A DNA stretch of 43,547 nt, from NCBI GenBank assembly GCA_023700825.1, contig JAMPYE010000001.1, positions 1 through 43,547 on the forward strand. Direction: 5' to 3'. Positions 16,025-24,095 of this stretch are shown here, one piece after another. Position 1 is the stretch's first letter. Each line of letters starts with the position of its first letter. The stretch comes from Thermoanaerobaculia bacterium (lineage in GTDB: Bacteria; Acidobacteriota; Thermoanaerobaculia; Gp7-AA8). A program made the position numbers and the translations under genes. The notes beneath the pieces were generated by a model that had not been told where the DNA came from, did not search any database, and worked only from the letters and a program-made list of their open reading frames with translations.

Positions 16025-19000
16025 GCGCGCCGCGCCCCTCTTCGCCGAAACGCAAAACGGGCGAGCGTGGCGAGCTCCCTCTCGTCGATTCCGAAGAGCG
16101 ACGCGACCAGCGCGTCCAGCTCGGCGTCGACCTGCTCGCCCGCCTGACCGCGGGCGGCGAGTTTCGCGAGCGCACGCTCCTCGCGCGAGCCCGCCTTCAC
16201 CGGCGGCACCGGCGTGGCGGCGACCGTCGCGGCGAGGAGCCGGAAGTGGTCGTCCTTCGCGCGCTCGGCAACGTCCAGGCAAAGCGCGTCGATCACGGTC
16301 GAGTTCAGCAACGCGCAAAGCGCGAGGGCCTCGTCGTCTCGCGACGCGTCGATCGAGTAGACCGTCTGATTCGGCACGACCGCGAACTCGCGCCCCGCGA
16401 CCGTCGTCGATGCCGGCAGCACCGCCGCCTCGAACCCGCGCGAGAGATCCCTCCACACGACCTTCAGCCCGAGGTGTTCTGCCCTGAGGTAGTCGAGGCG
16501 AATCGCGGATGGGGCTACGCAGAGGGCGAGGGCGACGCGCTCGATCCACACGTCGTCATCGGGACGTCTCCTGGCTGGTGGACAGAGCATCCAGGTGGAG
16601 TCGGTCGCCGACCATCGCCGCACGTCGCGACCCCGGACACATCGCACGACCGCCCGATCGGGAAGCCGCACTCCGTTCGAGCGAAGGACGACGCCATCCT
16701 CGGCAACGTCGACGTCGTCGAGAAAGAAGGTCGAGTTCGCACCCGTCTTCACCCCCATCACCGGCATGCGTCCGAGCGCGATCGAGAGAGGAGGAAACGC
16801 CTCGCGCAGGCGGGAGATGACCGCGCGGCATTCGGGCTCGGCGAGCGACCACGCGGATCCCGCGCCCGACGAGGCGATCGACTGCTGGCTCACTTCCCAT
16901 CTCGCGTCCGATTCGGTGATCTCGAGCGACGCCGCGCTGTGACGCTCGTTGCGGACGACGAGTCCGAGCGGAAAGACGTCCGCGCCGAAGAGCCGCTTGC
17001 CCTCGCGCGACCAGTCGCGGAGCGCCACGAGCTCATGCAGCTTCACGATCTCGCGCCGCATCGTCGCGGCGTATTCGGCCGTCAGCACCTTCGACGGCAA
17101 TAGTTGCGCGAAGACGCCGCCGGGCTCGAGCAGCGACAGCGACCTTTCTACGAATGCGACCGCGAGCTCGGACTGTGCGAAGCCGCCTGCGCCGCGGCGG
17201 CGGAAGAACCGGTACCGCTCGGCGCAGGCGCGCCGCAACCCCGGCTCGATGCGGCTCGAGCGCACCCAGGGAGGATTGCCGATCGCGACGCTGAAGCCCC
17301 CCGTGGCGAGGATGCCGGCGAAGTGAACGTCGAACGCGAAGAACTCGAGGTCGCCCCTGGCGACTCGCGCGAGCGTTCGTGCCGTCGTGGCGATCCTCTC
17401 GCGCAGAGCCTCGGGCGACTCTTCTCCGATCGTGGCGCGTTCCGTGCCGAACAGGTCCTTCACCGGCGTCTCCAATCGCGCGAGCTCCGTCCGATCGGCA
17501 TCGAGCGACTTCTCGAGCATCGTCGAGCTCAGTGCGAGGTCGGACTCCCGCAGAGCTCGCGCCAGGGCGTCGCGCCGCCCCCACGGCGCGTGCTTGTAGC
17601 GCGTCACGAGGTCCTCGCGGTCCCGGAGCGCACGCGACCACTCGCGATAGATCCCCGCGCGCGCGCCGCCGAGAAAGTCGAGCGGTCCCGCGAGCGAGTT
17701 CCCCTGCAGCACGTTTCTGTCGAGGTTAGGCAGAGGCGGAACGCTCGCAGCGTCGTGCTCCGACGCGGACACGATCGCGAGCCAGAGGCGAAGCTCGCAA
17801 AGGCGCACCGCCTCGCTCTTCAGGTCGACGCCGAAGATCGAGCGCTCGACGATCCTCGCGCGCAGGTCGGCTTCCACCGGCTCGCCCGCCGCCTCGGCCC
17901 CCCGGCGCGTGAGCGTTTCGACCACGCGCATCGCCGAGAGCAGGAACGCTCCCGAGCCGCATGCGGGGTCGATCACCGTGATCGAGCGCAGCTTCGACAG
18001 CAGCGTTCCCGCTTCCGTCTCGGACAACCGTACATCCCCTCCCTCGAGCGTGCTGCGCATCGCTCCCGAGAGCGAGCGATCCCGTCCCGCCACCCACTCG
18101 ACGACTGCGTCCGTCGCAAGCCGGTCGACGAGGCTCCTCGGCGTGTAGAACGTCCCGCTCTCGGCCCGCTCGTCAGTCTCCATCAGCGACTCGAACACGC
18201 GCCCGAGCATCTCGGGATCGATGTGCACTCCCTGCTCGTCGTCCTCGTTGGCACAGAAGGAGAACCGCTCGAACGTGTCGTCGAGCACCTCGCGCCACAA
18301 GGCGTCGGAGAGAGCGAGCGTCGGATTGCGCTGCTCGAACGCCGAGCGCGCGAAGAGGCCCCCGTTCAGGTAGGGAATCAGGCCGAGAGCGAGTGCCGAT
18401 GCGCTCCGACGCGCGCGCGGCGTGCTCAAGCAGTCGAAAAAGAGCGGCGCGAGCACCCGCGAGTGAAAACCACTCTTCCCGTTCGCGGCCCGCTCGAACG
18501 ACGAGCGGATGAATCGATGCGATCCGTCGAGCCACCCTTTCTGCTGAAGGAAGTAGAGAAAGAGAAGCCGCGACAGAAGCAGCAGGGCGTAATCGCGCCG
18601 GGCACGCGGCGTTTCCGCCGGCAGCGCCGCCGCGATCGCCAGGTCGATCGTGCGCAGCGCCCTGCGAAACCGCTCGAAGAAGCGGCGACCGGCGGATTCG
18701 CGGTCGAGCGCATTCCGGAAGAGCGCCCGCGCGTCCACTGTCGCGGCCGTTCGCGACAGGTCGAGCGACGCGATCCGATCGACCGCGTCGGCCGACGGCG
18801 TGTCGAGCGTGACGTCGAGCCTTCGCGTGCCACGGCAACCGAAGAGAGACATCGAATCGCGCGACGGCGAGAACCAGACGACCGAGGGCTCGAGAATCCT
18901 GTTCCAACGCGAAAGCCCGCTGAGAAACGGAATGACGGCGCTGCGCGAACTTTCCTCTCGCGCCTCGAAGGCGTAGAGGTCGACCCCTCCGTGACGGATC

Positions 19001-19158
19001 AAATGCCATGCGTCGACGCCGTCGACGCGCGCACCGTCGACCGACGACCACTCGCCGGTATCGACGCGGTTCGGCGAAGCGGGCCACCCGAGGCGCGAGA
19101 AGAGCGCCGAGGCGTCGCGCGCCGATCGGCAACTGCGGAGATCGGCCGCGGTGATCAT
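16021..19158 (-). CDS. Large gamma-class N6-adenine DNA methyltransferase (Eco57I/MmeI/PglX-like architecture)
   Basis: 1045 aa. The helical region has LFLYFLQQKGWL and IPYLNGGLF. GTFYTPR is at aa 335-341. Motif I is VIDPACGSGAFL (DPACGSG at nt 17950-17970). QGNSL follows, then a ~120-aa insertion. FDVHF..GGFSVAIGNPPW carries NPPW at nt 17266-17277. A ~400-aa C-terminal putative target-recognition region completes the protein. I saw no clear nuclease motif. Confidence 0.85.
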   Translation of the reverse strand: MITAADLRSCRSARDASALFSRLGWPASPNRVDTGEWSSVDGARVDGVDAWHLIRHGGVDLYAFEAREESSRSAVIPFLSGLSRWNRILEPSVVWFSPSRDSMSLFGCRGTRRLDVTLDTPSADAVDRIASLDLSRTAATVDARALFRNALDRESAGRRFFERFRRALRTIDLAIAAALPAETPRARRDYALLLLSRLLFLYFLQQKGWLDGSHRFIRSSFERAANGKSGFHSRVLAPLFFDCLSTPRARRSASALALGLIPYLNGGLFARSAFEQRNPTLALSDALWREVLDDTFERFSFCANEDDEQGVHIDPEMLGRVFESLMETDERAESGTFYTPRSLVDRLATDAVVEWVAGRDRSLSGAMRSTLEGGDVRLSETEAGTLLSKLRSITVIDPACGSGAFLLSAMRVVETLTRRGAEAAGEPVEADLRARIVERSIFGVDLKSEAVRLCELRLWLAIVSASEHDAASVPPLPNLDRNVLQGNSLAGPLDFLGGARAGIYREWSRALRDREDLVTRYKHAPWGRRDALARALRESDLALSSTMLEKSLDADRTELARLETPVKDLFGTERATIGEESPEALRERIATTARTLARVARGDLEFFAFDVHFAGILATGGFSVAIGNPPWVRSSRIEPGLRRACAERYRFFRRRGAGGFAQSELAVAFVERSLSLLEPGGVFAQLLPSKVLTAEYAATMRREIVKLHELVALRDWSREGKRLFGADVFPLGLVVRNERHSAASLEITESDARWEVSQQSIASSGAGSAWSLAEPECRAVISRLREAFPPLSIALGRMPVMGVKTGANSTFFLDDVDVAEDGVVLRSNGVRLPDRAVVRCVRGRDVRRWSATDSTWMLCPPARRRPDDDVWIERVALALCVAPSAIRLDYLRAEHLGLKVVWRDLSRGFEAAVLPASTTVAGREFAVVPNQTVYSIDASRDDEALALCALLNSTVIDALCLDVAERAKDDHFRLLAATVAATPVPPVKAGSREERALAKLAARGQAGEQVDAELDALVASLFGIDERELATLARFAFRRRGARRA

Positions 19159-19232
19159 TCGCCAATCCCCCGTGACGCGACCCTCCGCCCCAATGCGATT
19201 AGACTAGTCAGGCCACTCGGGCACCCATTCGC

Positions 19233-20936
19233 ATGAAGCTTCGTCCCGGCTACCTCAAACGCATTCTCGGCGGCGCGGTCTTCGGCCTCTACATCGGCCA
19301 CCTCGTCCTCTTTCTGAACCCGCAGATCGCCGCGCGGCCGGGAGTCGTCGCGCCCGCCGTCATCGCCTACGCGCTGCTCTGGGGCTTCCTCTTCGGGTCG
19401 CTTCTCTGGCTGCTTCGCGTCGTGCGCGTGCGCGTCTTCGGGCGCAGTGACGGAGAGTTCCGTCCGCACGGCTTCGGGTACGTGGTCGTTGCCGCGTTCT
19501 TCGCCGCTGCAATCTACTGGGTCCACCTCGCCCTGTTGCGGATCTACCTCCCTCCCGGCGCAGTCCGCGTCCTCTCGAAGGCCTCGATCCTCGTCGCGAT
19601 CACCGCCTTCGTTCTGTTCGCGCTCTGGCTCGTCGAGCGCAACGCCAAGGCTCGAGCGTCGACCGGCATCGTGCTCTGCGCCCTGGGCGTGGTCGTCACC
19701 TCGTCTCTGCTTCTCTACCAGCGGCGCGCTCTCTACGCCGAGAGACCGAGCCCGCCGCGGCCCGCTCCCGTCGTCGCGACACCCGTCGCGCGAGTCACGA
19801 TCATCACCGTCCGGGCGCTTTCCTACGACTGGCTCGTCACCGCCGACGGCGAGGGAACGACACCGTTCCTCCAGGAGCTCCGCGCGCACTCGTATTTCAC
19901 CCGGATGCAGCCGTTCAACTCGTCGAGCTCGCGCGCGCTCTGGGCGTCGCTCGCGACGGGCAAGCTTCCGAACCGACATGGCGTCACGGGGCGGTACTCG
20001 TACAGAACGCTTCTCAACCGCAACGATCCGTGGCTCAACATCCCGATCGGCGTCGGCTTTCCGACGTGGGGCCTGTTGCCGCCGGTCGAGAAGATCGCCG
20101 CGCCGCTCCCGTCGGGCAACTCGCTCCCCGTCTGGTCGATGCTGCGGCGGTCGGGCGCAGCCACCGTCGTCGTCAACTGGCCGGCATCCCAGGGAAGCCT
20201 CGGCGGCGGCATTCGCGGAGCCTCCGATCAGATCTGTCGCGGCAAGGCGTTCGCGCAGCCTGCCGACGAAGCGCTGCTTCGGAAGGCGTGCGCCGACGCC
20301 GCGGTCGCGGCAACCGTCGCCGACGCGAGACTCGCCGGGCTCGACGAGCGCGCGCGCAACCGGATCCGCGACGCATCCATGGCCGACCGGGCCTCGGCAA
20401 CTGTCGCCCTCGAGCTCGCGCGGGGAACCGGCGCGTCGCTCGCGATCATCTCGTTCAACCAGCTCGACGAGGCCGCGCGCGCGATCGGGCACGAGGGCAA
20501 CTCGCTTCCAGCGTCCGCCTCCCCCTCCGGGGACGCGCTTCGCGTGGCGCTCGAGCGCATCGACGCTCTCGTTCGCGAGATCGATCGCGGAATCGACGAC
20601 GACATCCTGGTCGTGGTGTCGCCCTCGAGCTTCGACCCGCCTCAGATTCCGTCGAGTCCGATGTCGGCCCTCAGGCTCCTCGCGTCGGGCTTTCTCGCGC
20701 CCGGCAGCGACGAAGGGTTCCTGCTCGTCGTGGCCCCGCGCAAGGAGTCGCCCGCGAATCCGGAGCCCGCTCAGGTCGTCGATCTCGTGCCCACGGTTCT
20801 TTACGCCGCCGGCATGCCGGTCGCTCGCGACCTCGACGGCAGGGTTCTCCCCGAGGCACTCGGCGACGAGATCCCTGTCGACCGCAGCGCCCAGTACATC
20901 CAGACCTACGAGCTCGGCCCAGCTGAGCAGCCCTGA
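19233..20936 (+). CDS. Membrane-anchored alkaline-phosphatase-superfamily (nucleotide pyrophosphatase/phosphodiesterase-like) protein
   Basis: 567 aa with about 5 N-terminal TM helices. SLATGKLPNRHGV and DLVPTVLYAAGMPVARDLDGRVL resemble type I phosphodiesterase/AlkP-family motifs. It is divergent from the methyltransferase gene. Confidence 0.6.
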   Translation: MKLRPGYLKRILGGAVFGLYIGHLVLFLNPQIAARPGVVAPAVIAYALLWGFLFGSLLWLLRVVRVRVFGRSDGEFRPHGFGYVVVAAFFAAAIYWVHLALLRIYLPPGAVRVLSKASILVAITAFVLFALWLVERNAKARASTGIVLCALGVVVTSSLLLYQRRALYAERPSPPRPAPVVATPVARVTIITVRALSYDWLVTADGEGTTPFLQELRAHSYFTRMQPFNSSSSRALWASLATGKLPNRHGVTGRYSYRTLLNRNDPWLNIPIGVGFPTWGLLPPVEKIAAPLPSGNSLPVWSMLRRSGAATVVVNWPASQGSLGGGIRGASDQICRGKAFAQPADEALLRKACADAAVAATVADARLAGLDERARNRIRDASMADRASATVALELARGTGASLAIISFNQLDEAARAIGHEGNSLPASASPSGDALRVALERIDALVREIDRGIDDDILVVVSPSSFDPPQIPSSPMSALRLLASGFLAPGSDEGFLLVVAPRKESPANPEPAQVVDLVPTVLYAAGMPVARDLDGRVLPEALGDEIPVDRSAQYIQTYELGPAEQP

Positions 20937-20953
20937 CTTCGGCTCGCGGTCGC

Positions 20954-21547
20954 TCATCGCGCCTCCGCGACCACTCGCGCGAGCATCTTCAGGCGGACCT
21001 TGCCCGTCGTTCCATAGACGACCACGACGGCCGCCCCGTCTGCTCCGTCCGTCAGGTAGATCGACCCGGGCGTGCTGCTGCCGTTCGGGGAAAACGAACA
21101 GAGCGTCGAGCGGTTGAATCGGACGGGGGACGCGTCGGGCTCGATCCTCTCTTCGCGCTCCGCGTCCCACAGGGCGATCCCGGGAAGGCCGATGCGAACC
21201 TTGCCCGTGCTTCCGAACACTTCCCGGTACGGGCGGGTCATCGGGTCGACGCCGCTGAGGATGTCCTCGTTGCGCACCCCGTCGCCGTCGCCATCGTCGA
21301 AGAAGCCGTAGTGCCAGACCTCTCCGATCATGCGGAACTTCACCGCGGAGTTCGCGCCGCGGGCGACGCTTCGCATCCGGATCTCACGGAAGATCGAGCG
21401 CAACTCGGCGGCGGCCCCTCTCAGTTCACGCTTCCGGGATATCTGCGTCAGCGACGGGACCGAGATCGCAGCGAGGAGACCGATGATCGCGACGGAGACC
21501 AGAAGCTCGATCAACGACACGCCGCGGGCTGAGGAATTCGATTCCAT
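20954..21547 (-). CDS. Prepilin-type N-terminal cleavage/methylation domain protein (GspH/FimT-like pseudopilin)
   Basis: 197 aa. RGVSLIELLVSVAIIGLLAAI is the class III signal/methylation motif with Glu at +5. Confidence 0.8.
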   Translation of the reverse strand: MESNSSARGVSLIELLVSVAIIGLLAAISVPSLTQISRKRELRGAAAELRSIFREIRMRSVARGANSAVKFRMIGEVWHYGFFDDGDGDGVRNEDILSGVDPMTRPYREVFGSTGKVRIGLPGIALWDAEREERIEPDASPVRFNRSTLCSFSPNGSSTPGSIYLTDGADGAAVVVVYGTTGKVRLKMLARVVAEAR

Positions 21548-21631
21548 GGTGATTTCTCCTTTCGTTGTTTCGGGGTTTGGAAATGGAGGGGGCCGCTCCC
21601 TTGCGGGAGCGGCCCGTGGGGCGGGCGGCGG

Positions 21632-22009
21632 CTAGTGCGCCGTGGTGGAGGGCTGTGCGGCGGTCGACGACTTCTTCGCGCGAGGCGCCTTCTGCTTGGC
21701 CGAGAGGGTCGTCTTCCCCTCGAGCACGACGTAGGGAGCGACGAGGTCGAACGTCTTGTCGCTGATTCCCTTGACCTGCATGAGGTCGGTGGCCTTCTTG
21801 AACTGGCCGTTCTCTTTGCGCCAGGCGACGACGCGATCGGCCGTCTTCTCTCCGATTCGCGGCAGGTACGCGATCTGCGACGCGTCGGCCGAGTTGATGT
21901 TGACGACGCCGGCAACCTTCGCCGGGGCGGACTCCTCGGCGGCGAACGCGCCGAGGGCACCGAAGATCATGACGACGACCGTGACGATGTTGATGAGGGA
22001 CTTACGCAA
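21632..22009 (-). CDS. comEA: ComEA-family helix-hairpin-helix DNA-binding protein
   Basis: 125 aa with a signal peptide. NINSADASQIAYLPRIGEKTADRVVAWRKENGQFKKATDLMQVKGISDKTFD is the ComEA HhH core. TTG start with a GGAG SD. Confidence 0.8.
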   Translation of the reverse strand: MRKSLINIVTVVVMIFGALGAFAAEESAPAKVAGVVNINSADASQIAYLPRIGEKTADRVVAWRKENGQFKKATDLMQVKGISDKTFDLVAPYVVLEGKTTLSAKQKAPRAKKSSTAAQPSTTAH

Positions 22010-22011
22010 GG

Positions 22012-22044
22012 TCTTATCTCCTTTTTTCAGGTTGGTTGTTGTTG
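22012..22044 (-). promoter_or_regulatory. CA-rich 5' leader module, second copy
   Basis: The minus strand reads GGAACCAACAACAACCAACCTGAAAAAAGGAGATAAGACC followed by TTG. The 15-mer CAACAACAACCAACC (plus 22030-22044) and AGGAGAT are identical to the leader at 5640-5677. Confidence 0.5.
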
Positions 22045-22500
22045 GTTCCGTTCAAACTTCCACTCGTGTTCACTGGGGTCACACACACACCGTGTCGTGC
22101 TTCTTTCTCTGTTTTTCTTTTCTCTCTCCTCCAACTCACCTCCTTTCGCGGCTCTGTAAGTTCAAGAGCGGCGCCAGGTGGCATGGAACGATAAGTATCT
22201 GAAACTAAAAGCGTTGTTCCGTTGGTCCGACAGGAAGGGCGTCAAATTATTTTGCGAGTTCCGGGGACTGCAAGCTGGCTTTGACAAAACGCCCCGTACA
22301 CAAGGCGTCCCGCCTTGCTCGCTCCGCCTGAATCGCCCGATCCGCGTGGTTCGGCAAAGGCCCGAGGCCTTCGCTACGTGCCTTCGCGACCAGCCCGACT
22401 TGCTCACACCTCGACCAAGTCCTTCCTACGCCCCGCGCTCTCTCGTAAACTCACAGGCGCGCAACGGGGGCCTCCCGGAGGCGCGTGGCTCCGGAGGGTC

Positions 22501-23130
22501 ATGACTGAAGCGAACGGAAAGCGGCTGATCGTCGGAATCTCGGGCGCCTCGGGGATCGCGCTCGCGGTCCGGCTCCTCGAGATTGCCGCCGCGCACCATC
22601 GCGTCTCGGAGCTGCACGTCGTCGTCAGCAACAGCTCGCTCCGCGTCGCGAGCTCCGAGCTCGTCCCCCCGGCATCGACTCCGGCCGCGATCCTCGAGCG
22701 CTGCCGGCTCGACGCCGCGTCGCGCGCGAAACTCTCGGTTCATCCGAACGCCGACATCGGCGCGGTCATCGCGTCGGGGTCCTACGTGACCGACGGGATG
22801 GTGATCGTCCCTTGTTCGGCGGGCACGCTGGCGTCGATCGCGCACGGAATCTCGCGCGACCTGATCCAGCGCGCAGCGGACCTCACCCTCAAGGAAAGGC
22901 GGCGCCTCGTCATCGCGCTGCGCGAGACCCCGCTCTCCCTGGTTCACGCGGAGAACATCGTCACGGCCACGCGGGCCGGCGCCATCGTGATGCCGCCCGT
23001 TCCCTCCTTCTACGCCGGCCAGAGCTGGGACTCGTACCTCGATCACTTCGCGATGCGCGTGCTCGACCTGTTCGGCATCGACATCGGACGCGACGACCTG
23101 CGCTGGAAAGGAGCGCGCGGCGACGAATGA
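22501..23130 (+). CDS. ubiX: Flavin prenyltransferase UbiX
   Basis: ORF trimmed to the ATG at 22501. KRLIVGISGASGIALAVRLLE, MVIVPCSAGTLASIAHGIS and ERRRLVIALRETPLS are UbiX/Pad1 motifs. Confidence 0.9.
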   Translation: MTEANGKRLIVGISGASGIALAVRLLEIAAAHHRVSELHVVVSNSSLRVASSELVPPASTPAAILERCRLDAASRAKLSVHPNADIGAVIASGSYVTDGMVIVPCSAGTLASIAHGISRDLIQRAADLTLKERRRLVIALRETPLSLVHAENIVTATRAGAIVMPPVPSFYAGQSWDSYLDHFAMRVLDLFGIDIGRDDLRWKGARGDE

Positions 23131-23177
23131 GGAGCGCGGACGCGCGAAGGCGCGCCTCGGTCCGGCCGCCAACGCAA

Positions 23178-24035
23178 ATGACTTCGATCGGTATCTGCGC
23201 CAAGATCGGCTCGAAGCGAGCGCTGGAAGCCGCAGCCTCGACCGCGCGGTCGATGATCAGGCGCGGCTTCCAGGTGAACTTCGACCTGAGCACCGCGCAC
23301 GCACTCCACCTCGACGACGCGCGCGAATTCACCAAGCCCGAGCTCGCCCCGAACTCCGACTACCTCATCGTCTTCGGCGGCGACGGCACGCTGCTTTCCG
23401 TCGCCCGCCACGCGCCGCCACACGTTCCGGTGATCGGCGTGAACATGGGAACGCTCGGCTTCATCACCGAGATCCGCGCGAAGGAGTTCGAGACCGTTCT
23501 CGAGAACGTCCTCGCCGGCGACTACGCCTCCGAGGATCGCGTCACGCTCGACGTGTCGGTCTCGGGGCCCAACGGCGAGCTGCGCTACCGTGTGCTCAAC
23601 GACGCCGTCATCAACAAGGGAGCGCTCGCCAGGATCGTCACGATGACGGTCGAGGTCGGCGGCCATTTCGTCTCGACCTTCCGCTCCGACGGGCTGATCG
23701 TCTGCACCCCGACCGGCTCCACCGCCTACAACCTCTCCGCCGGCGGCCCGATCATCTACCCGACGATGAAGGCCGTCGTCATCACGCCGATCTGCCCGCA
23801 CATGCTCACCAACCGGCCGATCGTCCTCTCCGACGACCAGCCGATCGACATCAGGCTCGTCGCCCCGGTGCGCGAGGTGTTCCTCACGCTCGACGGGCAG
23901 GAAGGCATCGCGCTTCACGGCTCGGAGCGGATCCACATCACGAAGGCGGCGACGACGATTCGCATCGTGCAGTCGCCCGACAAGAACTACTTCGACGTCC
24001 TGCGCAACAAACTGAAATGGGGCGAGGGAAAGTGA
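23178..24035 (+). CDS. nadK: NAD kinase
   Basis: ORF trimmed to the ATG at 23178. YLIVFGGDGTLL, NMGTLGFIT and TPTGSTAYNLSAGGPI are NAD kinase motifs. 285 aa. Confidence 0.9.
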   Translation: MTSIGICAKIGSKRALEAAASTARSMIRRGFQVNFDLSTAHALHLDDAREFTKPELAPNSDYLIVFGGDGTLLSVARHAPPHVPVIGVNMGTLGFITEIRAKEFETVLENVLAGDYASEDRVTLDVSVSGPNGELRYRVLNDAVINKGALARIVTMTVEVGGHFVSTFRSDGLIVCTPTGSTAYNLSAGGPIIYPTMKAVVITPICPHMLTNRPIVLSDDQPIDIRLVAPVREVFLTLDGQEGIALHGSERIHITKAATTIRIVQSPDKNYFDVLRNKLKWGEGK

Positions 24036-24095
24036 CGCGCCCTTCCGAGCCATCCCTCCGCGCCGCAACTCCAGTCTGAACAGATTCCCGCTCCG

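Noticed and set aside
16025-16549. 175-codon N-terminal extension of the helicase ORF (13949..16549). Analogous extensions occur on tsf, queD, rhomboid, ubiX, nadK, lpxA, lpxD, the PAP2 fusion, the hydrolase-MTase fusion, DUF2200 and lipoprotein B.
   Set aside because: The extensions overlap the preceding gene, are Arg-rich nonsense, and precede an internal ATG or GTG that gives the family-typical N-terminus. Often that start sits in an ATGA/GTGA overlap with the upstream stop.
19202-19209. 8-bp palindrome GACTAGTC in the 74-bp divergent region between the methyltransferase and the AlkP-like gene. It could be a C-protein-like operator or the methylase target.
   Set aside because: It is a single short palindrome with no second half-site or repeat. 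The CTAG-containing sequence is notable in high-GC DNA but is insufficient evidence on its own.
17104-19236. Very long plus-strand ORF (710 aa) antisense to the methyltransferase. Similar giants lie at 19155..21170 (671 aa), 32711..34678 (655 aa), 27828..29642 (604 aa), 19447..21117, 21..1334, 30263..31591 and 31051..32832.
   Set aside because: All are Arg/Ala/Pro/Gly/Asp-rich low-complexity translations lying antisense or out of frame to genes with clear conserved motifs. In DNA this G+C-rich, stop codons are rare in every frame, so such shadow ORFs are expected.
22160-22500. Possible structured ncRNA (SRP RNA, 6S or a riboswitch) in the ~490-bp comEA-ubiX gap. Examples are ccgacaggaagggcg and the palindromic gcctcccggaggc…ctccggaggg near 22470-22500.
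   Set aside because: I could not recognise any conserved core (no SRP GGAA/AGCA domain IV symmetry, no tRNA-like fold). The palindromes are short and GC-driven. A covariance-model scan is needed before calling anything.
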